Source of the DNA: Candidatus Acidiferrales bacterium
GTDB lineage: Bacteria; Acidobacteriota; Terriglobia; Acidiferrales; UBA7541
Length of the DNA: 64,000 nucleotides
NCBI GenBank assembly: GCA_049797655.1
Contig: JBARFX010000074.1
Span: 42,696 to 106,695 of the forward strand
Direction of reading: 5' to 3'
Part shown: one piece after another, positions 8,986 to 18,232 of the stretch
How positions within the stretch are numbered: the stretch's first letter is position 1
Layout of the letters: every line of letters starts with the position of its first letter
Translations under genes and position numbers: made by a program
Notes under the pieces: model-generated
The model's database searches: none
Told to the model about the DNA's origin: nothing
What the model saw: only the letters and a program-made list of their open reading frames with translations

Positions 8986-10437
8986 ATGATCCTGCAGATG
9001 AATCATCTCCAGAGCAAACAGGCCGCGGCGAGCGCGCAAGACGTGGTCGGCGCGGTCTATTCGCTTCTAGCGGAGGGCCATCTCGACGAGCGCCAATTCG
9101 CAAATCTCCGAGTGCATTTGGACTGGATTCAATACCGCCAGAATTTCCGCGAGGCAGTTACGGTGACTCAGTGCGTTACCGATCGAGGCGAAACTTTCCC
9201 CGTGATGGAAATTCACGTTGATACGCGCCAATTGGTGCCGGGCGCGCTTCGCGAGCAGATGCTTTGCGCGTTGGCTGCCGCGGATCCCACTTCACATCCC
9301 GAATCCGGGCGGATTTATCTGGAGGACTTCGCTTCGTTCCGTTCCAGCATCGCCTGGCAGTTCAACAGACTCTATTGGCACCGTCTCTCGGATTGGGAAA
9401 AGGCGACCGGCAAAGGTTACGAGCAGGCCCTTCCAGGGGGGAAATCAGACGCGAATCACCCCGAAGCCATCGCGGATTGCGTCGCCGATTTTTGGACGCT
9501 ATTGCGAGACCTCGAAAACAAGAACCAGCTTCCGCCGGAAATCTTTGCGCTCGAGATCGGCGTCGGTATGGGTACCCGCTCGCGGATCTGGCTCGACCGT
9601 TTCCGCGCGCTCGATGCAGAACGCGGCACGAAATACTATCCCCGAGTAAAGTTTCTCCTGGGCGACTATTCGCTCTCGACGCTCGATCGCTCTCGTCCGG
9701 CGCTCGGTGAACACCTCGATCTCTGTAGCTTCATCGTCCTCGACGCGCTCGACCCCGGAAAGACGCTCGCATTCCTTCGCCACAAGGTCCTCCATATCCA
9801 TCTGACCAACGTCTACGACAACCTGCCGGACGAAGAGTTCGCGCGCCGGGAAGGCCGCCTGTATCTGGTCCAAGTACGCGCGTTCATTCCGCGCGACGAA
9901 GCCGCACGAATCTCGAAGGCGTGTGACGTTCCGATCTCTCAGCTAAGTGCGACGATTCAGCGTTTGCTCGAGAGTGGTCCTGAATTCCTTGGCGATCGAG
10001 CTCGCGGCGTTTCGTTCTGGCAGGACATTTGGAGGGCCGTTCGTCTGGAAGACCGCCTCGTGTGCATTGAAGACTTGCCAGACGTGAGCCTCCCTGCCGG
10101 CTTGAATCCAGCGCATCTCGAAGAAATCCTCGAGGATGCTCCCAGCGATTTCCGTTTTCATCTGAGTTCCGGCGCGCTCGAAAGCTTTCGGAACACACTT
10201 CCGTTGCTGCACCCGCGCGGATTCCTGCAAGTGCAGGACATCTTCGTCACGAACCTCAACGACTACAGGCTCGGATTTCATGGACCCGGAAAGCTGGACG
10301 GCTCGATCGTGAACTGGGTGAACGGCGTTCTCCTACGGGAAGTGGGAGAACGAGCCGGCTACGACGTGCATTTCGCTCCGTTCCGCTACCGTGAAGGTTC
10401 GCGCACTTCGATTCTCTACACGACGCAACGGGAGTAA
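8986..10437 (+). CDS. Class I SAM-dependent methyltransferase-like protein (MidA/NDUFAF7, DUF185-like architecture)
   Basis: 483 aa. Motif I-like ALEIGVGMGTRS. The later HLTNVYDNLPDEE resembles the ANE..DALP motif of MidA-type enzymes. Otherwise uncharacterised. Confidence 0.45.
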   Translation: MILQMNHLQSKQAAASAQDVVGAVYSLLAEGHLDERQFANLRVHLDWIQYRQNFREAVTVTQCVTDRGETFPVMEIHVDTRQLVPGALREQMLCALAAADPTSHPESGRIYLEDFASFRSSIAWQFNRLYWHRLSDWEKATGKGYEQALPGGKSDANHPEAIADCVADFWTLLRDLENKNQLPPEIFALEIGVGMGTRSRIWLDRFRALDAERGTKYYPRVKFLLGDYSLSTLDRSRPALGEHLDLCSFIVLDALDPGKTLAFLRHKVLHIHLTNVYDNLPDEEFARREGRLYLVQVRAFIPRDEAARISKACDVPISQLSATIQRLLESGPEFLGDRARGVSFWQDIWRAVRLEDRLVCIEDLPDVSLPAGLNPAHLEEILEDAPSDFRFHLSSGALESFRNTLPLLHPRGFLQVQDIFVTNLNDYRLGFHGPGKLDGSIVNWVNGVLLREVGERAGYDVHFAPFRYREGSRTSILYTTQRE

Positions 10438-10442
10438 GCCCG

Positions 10443-11444
10443 ATGACTCTTCCAATTCTTCCGACGACCGTAGTTGGCAGCTACTCGATGCCGGGTTGGC
10501 TCGAGCGCCTCAAGACGGAATATTTCGCCCGGCGGATCAGCCGGCACGATCTCGATGAAGTCCATGATACGGCGGTGAAAGCCGCGATCAAGGATCAGGA
10601 GGTTGCCGGCCTCGATATCGTGACCGACGGCGAACTGCGCCGCGACAACCTCATCGACTATTTTGTTGAACGCTTACCGGGCGTCGAGATAGATCGCTCC
10701 TCAAAAAAATTCTATTACGACTTCTACGATAGCTCGGTCTCTGGAAAGCTACCCTTGGCGCCCCTTGGCTTGGCCGATGATTTCAGGTTCCTCCGCAAGT
10801 TCACCGAACGCGAAGCGAAGTTCTGCGTCACCGGCCCACACTCTCTCACGAAGCGCATCCGCAATGAGTTCTACCCGAGCGAAGAAGCCCTGGCCATGGA
10901 CATCGCGCGCGTGATGAATCTGGAGCTCAAAGAACTCGTAAAGGCTGGCGCAAGAATAATCCAAATCGACGAGCCGTACTTTTCAGGATTCCCGGATGAC
11001 ATTTCGTGGGGCGTGAATGCGCTGAACGCAATGGTGGAAGGTGTGGCAGCGACGATCGCCGTTCACATTTGCTACGGCAATCGTTACGGCAAACCTTCCT
11101 GGGAAGGAAGCTACCGCTATCTGTTTCCGAAAATTCTGGATGCGAAGGTTCAACAATTGACGCTGGAGTTCGCGCGTCGCGGCGGCGAGGATTTGGATAT
11201 TTTTAAGGAACTCCCCCCTCCGTTTCAATTGGGCGTCGGAGTGATCGATGTGAAGACGCAGGCAGTCGAGACTGCGGACGTTGTTGCAGAGCGAATACGA
11301 AAGGCGCTTGAAGTGGTCCCGGCCGAGCGAATGTTCATTCTTCCGGACTGCGGTTGCTTCCATTTGCCGCGGGACGTCGCGTTCGCAAAGCTGTGCGCGA
11401 TGGTGGAAGGAACGAAAACAATCCGGAAGGAATTGGGGAAATGA
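10443..11444 (+). CDS. Short (core) cobalamin-independent methionine-synthase-like protein (MetE C-terminal catalytic domain only)
   Basis: 333 aa. VVGSYSMPGWL, VTDGELRRDN, and zinc ligands in AVHICYGN and ILPDCGC. Confidence 0.85.
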   Translation: MTLPILPTTVVGSYSMPGWLERLKTEYFARRISRHDLDEVHDTAVKAAIKDQEVAGLDIVTDGELRRDNLIDYFVERLPGVEIDRSSKKFYYDFYDSSVSGKLPLAPLGLADDFRFLRKFTEREAKFCVTGPHSLTKRIRNEFYPSEEALAMDIARVMNLELKELVKAGARIIQIDEPYFSGFPDDISWGVNALNAMVEGVAATIAVHICYGNRYGKPSWEGSYRYLFPKILDAKVQQLTLEFARRGGEDLDIFKELPPPFQLGVGVIDVKTQAVETADVVAERIRKALEVVPAERMFILPDCGCFHLPRDVAFAKLCAMVEGTKTIRKELGK

Positions 11445-11445
11445 A

Positions 11446-13002
11446 ATGGCGTTGCCGAATCCGCTGCGCGAATCTCTGAGCAACGGAAAATTCTGCTACG
11501 TGGTGGAACTGGTGGCGAGCCGCCTGAAACGAGAGGCGCTCCTGCTGGATGTCGCCTCTCAATTGGCGCGCGTTCCTGGCGTGGTAGCGGGCAGCATCAC
11601 GAGCTATGCGGGCGGCGCGCTGGGACACGATCCGATCCGAGTAGGAACGGCGGCGCGCGCGCGCGGCCTTACGCCCAACATTCACGTCACCTGCGCAAGC
11701 CGCGACCGGATCGGAATCCAGAAATCGCTCGAAGACCTGAACGCGCTCGGCATCGAAAATGTGTTCGCGATCACTGGGGACTATCCGAAAAGCTCCGAGA
11801 CCAGCAGCTCGCCGCCTGTCTTCGATCTCGATTCGGTTCAGCTGGTATGCCTGATCGACGACATGCGCCAATCCGGTATGCCGTTTTGGATCGGAGTCGC
11901 AGTCTCTCCGTTTAAGTACATCGAAGCAGATTGCGCCTATCAGTATTTGAAGCTCGAGAAGAAGATCGCTGCCGGGGCGGATTACGCGGTTACGCAGCTC
12001 GGCTACGACGTTAAGAAATTCCGCGAATTGAAACGCTACCTCGATGAGCGAGGAGTCCGCACACCTGTCCTTGGAAATGTCTACGTTCTCGGGGCGAAAG
12101 CGGCGGAACGTATGAACAAGGGCGAACCTCCCGGCTGTTGGGTGGCTCCCGAACTGCTCGAACGAGTTCAAACAGAGAGCGTGGCTTCCGACAAAGGGCA
12201 AGCCCTGCGTCTGGAGCGCGCCGCGCGTATGGCCGCCATTCTTAAAGGGCTGGGCTATGCCGGCGTCTACATCGGTGGCGACCATCAGGCTGACCACGTC
12301 CGATGGATCATGAAGCGCGCCGAAGCACTGTCGCCGAAGTGGGAGGAATTTGCCGAAGAATTTGCGTATGCCCCTACGGGCGCGTTCTATCTCTACTCAA
12401 CCTCGCCCGCCCCTTCACAAAAACGCACGTTCGTCCCGCGGTTTCTCGATGCAATGGGACGGCTTTTCCCGGTCAACCGGGACGGAAGGCTCCGGCGTGC
12501 TCTCGCGGCGATCTTTCGCTCGGTCGACAGGCACCCTGTTGCGGCACGCACACTCGAGCGCGCCGAGTTCGCCATTAAGTCTCCTCTGTTCGGATGCCAG
12601 GCGTGTGGCAATTGCGTTCTGGGCCAGATGGAGTACGTATGCCCGCAGACCTGCCCGAAGAATTTACGAAATGGCCCTTGTGGCGGCACATCGAGCGGCC
12701 GATGCGAGGTGGTCGACAAGCCGTGCATCTGGGTGTCCGTGTACGACCGCGCAAAATCAGAGGGTCGAGTTGACGATTTGAGAACCTACATCCCTCCACC
12801 GAACCGCGCGTTGAAGGGTACGAGTTCTTGGATTAATTATTTTCTGAATCGCGACAGCCGCCCGGGAAATATCGGGCAGGCAATCCCGACCGCTGCCATT
12901 AGAAACACGGGAGTTCACAATAACTCGTCACCCGAGACGCAAGAGTGCGCTGCGGCTCGATCTGATTCTGCGCGGCAAGATACGAATGTGGGAGGCAAAT
13001 AG
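11446..13002 (+). CDS. metF: Methylenetetrahydrofolate reductase fused to a C-terminal MTHFR_C (MetV-like) Cys-rich domain
   Basis: The ATG lies 1 nt after the upstream TGA. The MTHFR core runs ...HVTCASRDRIGIQKSLEDLNALGIENVFAITGDYPK.... The C-terminal FGCQACGNCVLGQMEYVCPQTCPKNLRNGPCGG motif is typical of the MTHFR_C zinc-ribbon domain. The 5' 165 nt of the track ORF overlap the MetE-like gene and are not counted. Confidence 0.8.
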   Translation: MALPNPLRESLSNGKFCYVVELVASRLKREALLLDVASQLARVPGVVAGSITSYAGGALGHDPIRVGTAARARGLTPNIHVTCASRDRIGIQKSLEDLNALGIENVFAITGDYPKSSETSSSPPVFDLDSVQLVCLIDDMRQSGMPFWIGVAVSPFKYIEADCAYQYLKLEKKIAAGADYAVTQLGYDVKKFRELKRYLDERGVRTPVLGNVYVLGAKAAERMNKGEPPGCWVAPELLERVQTESVASDKGQALRLERAARMAAILKGLGYAGVYIGGDHQADHVRWIMKRAEALSPKWEEFAEEFAYAPTGAFYLYSTSPAPSQKRTFVPRFLDAMGRLFPVNRDGRLRRALAAIFRSVDRHPVAARTLERAEFAIKSPLFGCQACGNCVLGQMEYVCPQTCPKNLRNGPCGGTSSGRCEVVDKPCIWVSVYDRAKSEGRVDDLRTYIPPPNRALKGTSSWINYFLNRDSRPGNIGQAIPTAAIRNTGVHNNSSPETQECAAARSDSARQDTNVGGK

Positions 13003-13183
13003 AGACAGTAAATGAGCGGAAAACGAAGGTTTGATATCGGGCGATAAACGCACACTCGGACGATTAAAGGCTTGACAAAGAACACAGCAGGCGTTAGACC
13101 TTCTGCACAATCGGGTTATTTCGGGCTCACGCAATAGGATTCGAGACTGAGGGGTAGCGAATTCAGCCTGAAAGGGGTGGGTG

Positions 13184-16100
13184 ATGAGGGTACGAAATGG
13201 TCTTCTAGTCATTCTGGCCGTGGCTTGTTTCTTAGCGTATGTGAGCCCAGCCTATCCGCAAGGCAGCACTGCGGTGGCCCAGTTGAACGGCACCGTGCTC
13301 GACGAAAGCGGCGGCGCCGTCAAAGGAGCCGCAATTACTCTGCGTCAAACCGACACGAATCGTTCGTACTCGGCCACATCGAACGATTCCGGTTACTACG
13401 CCATCGCCAACCTTCCCCCGGGGCACTACGAATTAACAACCGCGTTTAAAGGCTTCGCTACGACTGTCCGCAAAGGCATCGAATTGACAGTCGGCCAGTC
13501 GGCCACGATTGACGTGACGCTGAAGGTCGCGACCGCCGCCGAGGAAGTTGTCGTCACCACCGAAGCGCCTGTCATCGAGCCCACGAAGACCGAAATCAGC
13601 CAGGTGATTAGTACGCAAGAAATCAATTCCCTCCCGATCAGCGGGCGCTTGTTCACAGATTTCGCACTGCTCACTCCCGGCGTCGCCACGGGGCGCACCA
13701 GTTTGCAGTCAACAATCACGGAATTTGAAGTCACTCGCGTATCCTTTGGCGGGATGCGCGATTTGAGCAACCTGGTAACAGTGGATGGCGCGGACAACGT
13801 CAATACAGCTACCGGTTCGCAGCGCTCCACTCCGCCGCAAGAATCGGTTGCTGAATTCCGGGTAGTGAACAGCAGCTTCGGTGCGGAGTATGGCCGGGCG
13901 CTTGGCGGGATCGTCAACATCGTGACCAAGTCCGGCGGCAATGATTTTCACGGATCGGTGTACGACTACTTGCAGAACAATTACTTTGACTCCCGCTCGA
14001 TCCTCCAGCAGAAACCGCAACAAGACACCTTGCGCCAAAATCAGTATGGCATAACCGCGGGCGGCCCAATCAAGAAAGACAAGACTTTCTTCTTCATGAA
14101 CTACGAAGGCCAGCGCCGCGGTGAGTCTCCCACATATCCGACTACATATCTCCAGCCCGTAGACTTGCTTGACGGGACCAGCACCACCAACGTGGACTTG
14201 ATCAACCGCGCCAAAGCGATGCTCGGGCTTGCTCCCGAAGGCTGCACCGTTCCGCTCGCGCAGTGCCCTTCGGTTTCCGGGACGGCGTTTCTGAATTCTG
14301 TTCTGAAAACGAAGGACAACGATTACGGCATTATCAAACTCGATCACCAGTTCAACGCCGACAATCACTTGTCTCTTCGCTACAACGTCGAAGATGGCCG
14401 CGACCTCAATCAACTGGTCGGCAGCACGCTCGACGGCGGCGGCATCGGCGCGCCCAGTAGCGGTCACGACGTCTTCCTCCGCGATCAGTCTCTCGTCGGT
14501 ACTGTCGCCACCACGATCAGTCCCAACCTGGTGAACAGCGTTCTCGTCCAATATGCCCGCCGCCACTACAATTTCCCCGGAGTTACCGGCGAACCGAACC
14601 TCGACATTCCGAACACTCTTTTGTTCGGACACAATTTCGGCGTCCTCGACGCGATTTACGAAAGCCGGTTCCAGGTTTCCGATTCTCTTTCCTGGGTCAA
14701 GGGAAATCATGTCGCGAAATTCGGAGCCGACTTCAACTACGTCGATAACTTTGTAATCTGGCCTGGCTTCACTCCGATGCGAATCGTGCTGCCAGGCATC
14801 AACTGTCTCGTGGACTTCGCCAACTTCGTGAATAGCGGCTCTCCGGAACCGCTTCCGGCGCTCGCATCTGCGCCTGCCGACGGCCCATGTCCGCTTGCGA
14901 ACCCTCCGTTCTTCCCGGCAACTCCGGGCGTCAACCCGAACGACGGGTTGCAAGGAACTCCGATCGTGTTCTGGGGCGCCCCGGTCGGCACGGCGCAGCC
15001 AGATATCAACGGCCAGCTTCCCACGCCGCCCCCGATTCCGACCGACTGGTCGAATGCTTACCTGCCGTCTCAAACCAAGAATTTTTCTGAAACGCTCGCT
15101 CACAAGTATTACGGGTTTTTCGCGCAGGATCAGTGGCGCCTTCGTCACAATCTAACGCTGAACTACGGCCTGCGTTGGGACTTCGAGGAGGGCTTGTGGA
15201 AGCAGATCAATCCTCATTATAAGGGCTTTCAGCCCCGCGTCGGCCTGGCCTGGTCGCCCGACAGCAAGACTGTTGTCCGCACCGGCTTCGGACTGTTCGA
15301 TGATCGCTACAATCTCTCATTCTTGTTCATCACCCAGCCGCAACGCCCGGTTATCCTTCCTGGCGATCCTCCCGGCGAACTCGTCAATGGCATTCGCAAA
15401 CGCTCCGAAGTTGCCACATGGATTCTCAACCAACTCACGCCTGGGCCTGGAGGATTCCCGGCTGCCGCCGCCGCTACGTTGATCACCACTGGCCAAGTTC
15501 CCGATCAGTTCATCACGGGCCCGTGCCCTCCGTCCTGCACCGCTGGCGACGGTCTGGTCGATCCCCGCAGCAAGATCCCGTACTCGGAGCAAGCGAACCT
15601 TGAGATTGACCGGGAAATCGGGCACGGCCTCACCGTTAGCGCGGGCTATATGTTCGTTGCCGCGCACCACTTGGTCCGCGCAGAGAATTTGAACGTCTGC
15701 CCGTTCTTCGGCGCTCCGGCTGGCACCACCGTGCCGGAAGTGAGTCCAGGTAATCTTTTCAATTGCGCACCGACGCCGGCACCGCCAGACAACTACCCGG
15801 TTGGAAAGGATTTCTTTGGCTATCCGGCCGCTCCCGGCAACCCGGTGGGCGGTGGCCCGGCTTATAACAACGCAGGATTGCTGTATTTCACGGACAACAG
15901 CGGCAATTCCGTTTACCACGGGCTCACGCTGCAGGTGATCGAGCGATTTAGCAAAATCTTTAGCCTGGACGCCAACTATACGTACTCGCACACCCTTGAC
16001 GACGGCACGTTTACAACTTTCGTCAGTACGCCGCAGGATCTCTATGACCGGTCGCTTGAGCGCGCCAATTCTAACCAGGACGTCCGCCACCGCTTCATCA

Positions 16101-16636
16101 CGAACTTCACGTTAACTGCTCCTGAGGACAGCTTCCTTCGCCACTTCGCTCTCAGCAGCATCGTCACCGCTCAATCCGGCCGCCCTTTCACGATGTTCGT
16201 TGGATTCGACGCCAACGGCGATACCAACCCCGTCACCGACCGCGTTGCCAACCTTGGTCGAAACACCTACTACGGCGACCATCTGTACTCCTGGGATCTG
16301 CGTGTTTCTCGTTATTTCCAGATTCGAGAGCACCTGAGGCTCGATCTAATTATGGATGCGTTCAATTTGCTTAACCGGACCAACGTTGACGAAGTTACTT
16401 CCGTATATGGCGCGTCTGTGATCTGCGGCAACACCGCCACACCGAAGAATTACAAGGATGCCGCAACGCTGGCTACTCAAGCTCAGGCTCTCGCATTTGA
16501 CACCGGAGCCGGAGGTCCGACATGTCCGAGCCTGGTGCCTATGCCGAGCCCACCGGTTCCAAATGGTCTCTTCGGTACCCCGAGGACCGTACTAAACCCG
16601 CGGCAGTTCCAGTTCGCGGCTAAGTTCTCGTTCTAA
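13184..16636 (+). CDS. TonB-dependent outer-membrane receptor with N-terminal carboxypeptidase-regulatory-like domain
   Basis: Signal peptide LLVILAVACFLAYVSPAYPQ. CarboxypepD_reg-like GTVLDESGGAVKGAAITL...SGYYAIANLPPGHYEL. A plug domain, then a long beta-barrel ending in the terminal ...FAAKFSF. Confidence 0.85.
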   Translation: MRVRNGLLVILAVACFLAYVSPAYPQGSTAVAQLNGTVLDESGGAVKGAAITLRQTDTNRSYSATSNDSGYYAIANLPPGHYELTTAFKGFATTVRKGIELTVGQSATIDVTLKVATAAEEVVVTTEAPVIEPTKTEISQVISTQEINSLPISGRLFTDFALLTPGVATGRTSLQSTITEFEVTRVSFGGMRDLSNLVTVDGADNVNTATGSQRSTPPQESVAEFRVVNSSFGAEYGRALGGIVNIVTKSGGNDFHGSVYDYLQNNYFDSRSILQQKPQQDTLRQNQYGITAGGPIKKDKTFFFMNYEGQRRGESPTYPTTYLQPVDLLDGTSTTNVDLINRAKAMLGLAPEGCTVPLAQCPSVSGTAFLNSVLKTKDNDYGIIKLDHQFNADNHLSLRYNVEDGRDLNQLVGSTLDGGGIGAPSSGHDVFLRDQSLVGTVATTISPNLVNSVLVQYARRHYNFPGVTGEPNLDIPNTLLFGHNFGVLDAIYESRFQVSDSLSWVKGNHVAKFGADFNYVDNFVIWPGFTPMRIVLPGINCLVDFANFVNSGSPEPLPALASAPADGPCPLANPPFFPATPGVNPNDGLQGTPIVFWGAPVGTAQPDINGQLPTPPPIPTDWSNAYLPSQTKNFSETLAHKYYGFFAQDQWRLRHNLTLNYGLRWDFEEGLWKQINPHYKGFQPRVGLAWSPDSKTVVRTGFGLFDDRYNLSFLFITQPQRPVILPGDPPGELVNGIRKRSEVATWILNQLTPGPGGFPAAAAATLITTGQVPDQFITGPCPPSCTAGDGLVDPRSKIPYSEQANLEIDREIGHGLTVSAGYMFVAAHHLVRAENLNVCPFFGAPAGTTVPEVSPGNLFNCAPTPAPPDNYPVGKDFFGYPAAPGNPVGGGPAYNNAGLLYFTDNSGNSVYHGLTLQVIERFSKIFSLDANYTYSHTLDDGTFTTFVSTPQDLYDRSLERANSNQDVRHRFITNFTLTAPEDSFLRHFALSSIVTAQSGRPFTMFVGFDANGDTNPVTDRVANLGRNTYYGDHLYSWDLRVSRYFQIREHLRLDLIMDAFNLLNRTNVDEVTSVYGASVICGNTATPKNYKDAATLATQAQALAFDTGAGGPTCPSLVPMPSPPVPNGLFGTPRTVLNPRQFQFAAKFSF

Positions 16637-16649
16637 GACTTGAGCCGAG

Positions 16650-16680
16650 GCCGGCCGTGGAACGTGATTTCGCGGCCGGC
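16650..16680 (+). terminator. GC-rich hairpin downstream of the TonB-receptor gene (terminator-like, no T-tract)
   Basis: GCCGGCCG, a 15-nt loop, then CGGCCGGC. It starts 14 nt after the stop. Confidence 0.4.
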
Positions 16681-16829
16681 GCGGCGAAATTGCAGAGCAT
16701 CGGGCCCGCATTGTCCTTCCGTTACTGAAAGCGTGGCCGTTGTCCTTCAGCCGTCATCGGGAGTGCGCGAATCCGGCTCGCAGGGCTTGAATCTACCGCG
16801 GCCTCGCAAACCCCTCAGGAGATCCTGTC

Positions 16830-17555
16830 GTGGAGACGTTCGTATTGATACACGGTTCCTGGCATGACGGCTCAGCATGGGACGCGACGATTCGCGCATT
16901 GGAAGAAAATGGACACGCGGCGCACGCTCCCACTATTGCCGGACACGGCGAAGACGTCGACAAGCGCGTGAATCATGCCGACTGCACCAAATCTGTCGTC
17001 GACTACATCGTAGGCAAGAACCTCACAGGTCTTGTCCTCGTCGGACACAGTTTCGGCGGTACTGTAATCTCCAAGGTGGCGGAAGCGATTCCGGAGCGCA
17101 TCAAACGCCTCGTCTATGTGAATGGCTTTGTCCTTCGCGACGGCCACAGCCTGACTGACGAAGCGCCTCCGCATTACGGTGCGCTTTTCGACAAACTCGC
17201 AAGCGAATCGTCGGACGACACGGTGATGATTCCATTTTCAATCTGGCGTGAAGCCTTCGTAAACGACGCTGATCTCGAAATGGCAAAGTGGACCTACTCG
17301 CGCCTTTCGCCGGAACCGTATCAGCCGTGCAAAGACAAGCTTGACCTGAAAAAGTTCTATTCGCTGCCTATCCCGAAGAGTTATATCAATTGCACCGAGG
17401 ATACCGCCTTGCCTCCGGGTGAGTGGGGCTGGCATCCGCGAATGTCGAGCCGACTGGGCCTTTATCGCCTGGTGCAAATGCCAGGAGGCCACGAGGTGAT
17501 CTACACAAATCCCAAAGGTCTGGCAGAAAAAATAATCGAAGCGGGACGCGACTAG
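16830..17555 (+). CDS. Alpha/beta-fold hydrolase (methylesterase/SABP2-like)
   Basis: GTG start with AGGAG 8 nt upstream. FVLIHGSWHDGSAW and the nucleophile elbow LVGHSFGG. Confidence 0.75.
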   Translation: METFVLIHGSWHDGSAWDATIRALEENGHAAHAPTIAGHGEDVDKRVNHADCTKSVVDYIVGKNLTGLVLVGHSFGGTVISKVAEAIPERIKRLVYVNGFVLRDGHSLTDEAPPHYGALFDKLASESSDDTVMIPFSIWREAFVNDADLEMAKWTYSRLSPEPYQPCKDKLDLKKFYSLPIPKSYINCTEDTALPPGEWGWHPRMSSRLGLYRLVQMPGGHEVIYTNPKGLAEKIIEAGRD

Positions 17556-17563
17556 AAATCAGC

Positions 17564-18232
17564 ATGCTTAAGTTAGATGCAAGACCAAATTCGCTTGAAG
17601 TCGATTTCAAAAAGTCGGCGATCGTCGTGGTGGACATGCAGAACGCTTTTGCAAGCAAGGGCGGAATGCTCGACATCGCGGGCGCCGATATCACCGACGC
17701 GCCGCGCGTGATCTGCGTAATTCGCTCCGTTCTGGATGCCGCTCGCCGCACGGCAGTGCCGGTCGTCTACCTGCGCATGGCCTATAAGCCGGACCTGAGC
17801 GACAGCGGCGGTCCAAGCTCACCCAACTGGCACAAGGAATTGGCGATGACGCTTATGTGCTCGCGACCCGAACTGAAAGGCAAAGTCCTCACCGAGGGAA
17901 CATGGGACGGCGAAATCGTCGAAGACCTCGCGCCTCAGCCAGGCGATCTCGTCATCACCAAGACGCGATATAGCGGCTTCGCAGGCACATCGCTCGATTC
18001 CCAGCTTCGCATGCGCGGCGTCCAGTATCTCTTTTTCGCTGGCATCGCCACAAATGTTTGTGTCGAATCCACGCTTCGCGATGCTTATTTTCACGACTAC
18101 TGGCCGATATTGCTCTCCGACGCTGCCATGCCCGCCGGTCCCGCGGCAGCCCACGACGCGACGCTGTTCAACGTAGAATCATTCTTCGGCTGGACCATGA
18201 CATCGCAGAAGCTCGTAGAACATTTGAGGTGA
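17564..18232 (+). CDS. Isochorismatase-family cysteine hydrolase, RutB-like (ureidoacrylate-type amidohydrolase)
   Basis: Appears alignable by eye along its length with E. coli RutB as I recall it: SAIVVVDMQNAF..KGGMLD, GGPSSPNWHK, QPGDLVITKTRYSGF, and GIATNVCVESTLRD with the catalytic Cys. Confidence 0.8.
   Translation: MLKLDARPNSLEVDFKKSAIVVVDMQNAFASKGGMLDIAGADITDAPRVICVIRSVLDAARRTAVPVVYLRMAYKPDLSDSGGPSSPNWHKELAMTLMCSRPELKGKVLTEGTWDGEIVEDLAPQPGDLVITKTRYSGFAGTSLDSQLRMRGVQYLFFAGIATNVCVESTLRDAYFHDYWPILLSDAAMPAGPAAAHDATLFNVESFFGWTMTSQKLVEHLR

Noticed and set aside
11335-12297. 320-aa minus-strand ORF
   Set aside because: It is antisense to the MTHFR gene. It is a shadow ORF.
13072-13100. TTGACA-N17-TAGACC as a promoter for the TonB receptor gene
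   Set aside because: The -35 element is perfect, but the -10 lacks the invariant final T. This is too weak to report as a feature without mapping data.
13709-15148. 479-aa minus-strand ORF
   Set aside because: It is antisense to the TonB-dependent receptor gene. The sequence is Arg-rich with no motifs, so it is a shadow ORF.
18058-18228. 5' extension of the first HyuA-like ORF
   Set aside because: It lies inside the RutB-like coding region in another frame. The hydantoinase N-terminal motif DIDVGGT starts just after GTG 18229.
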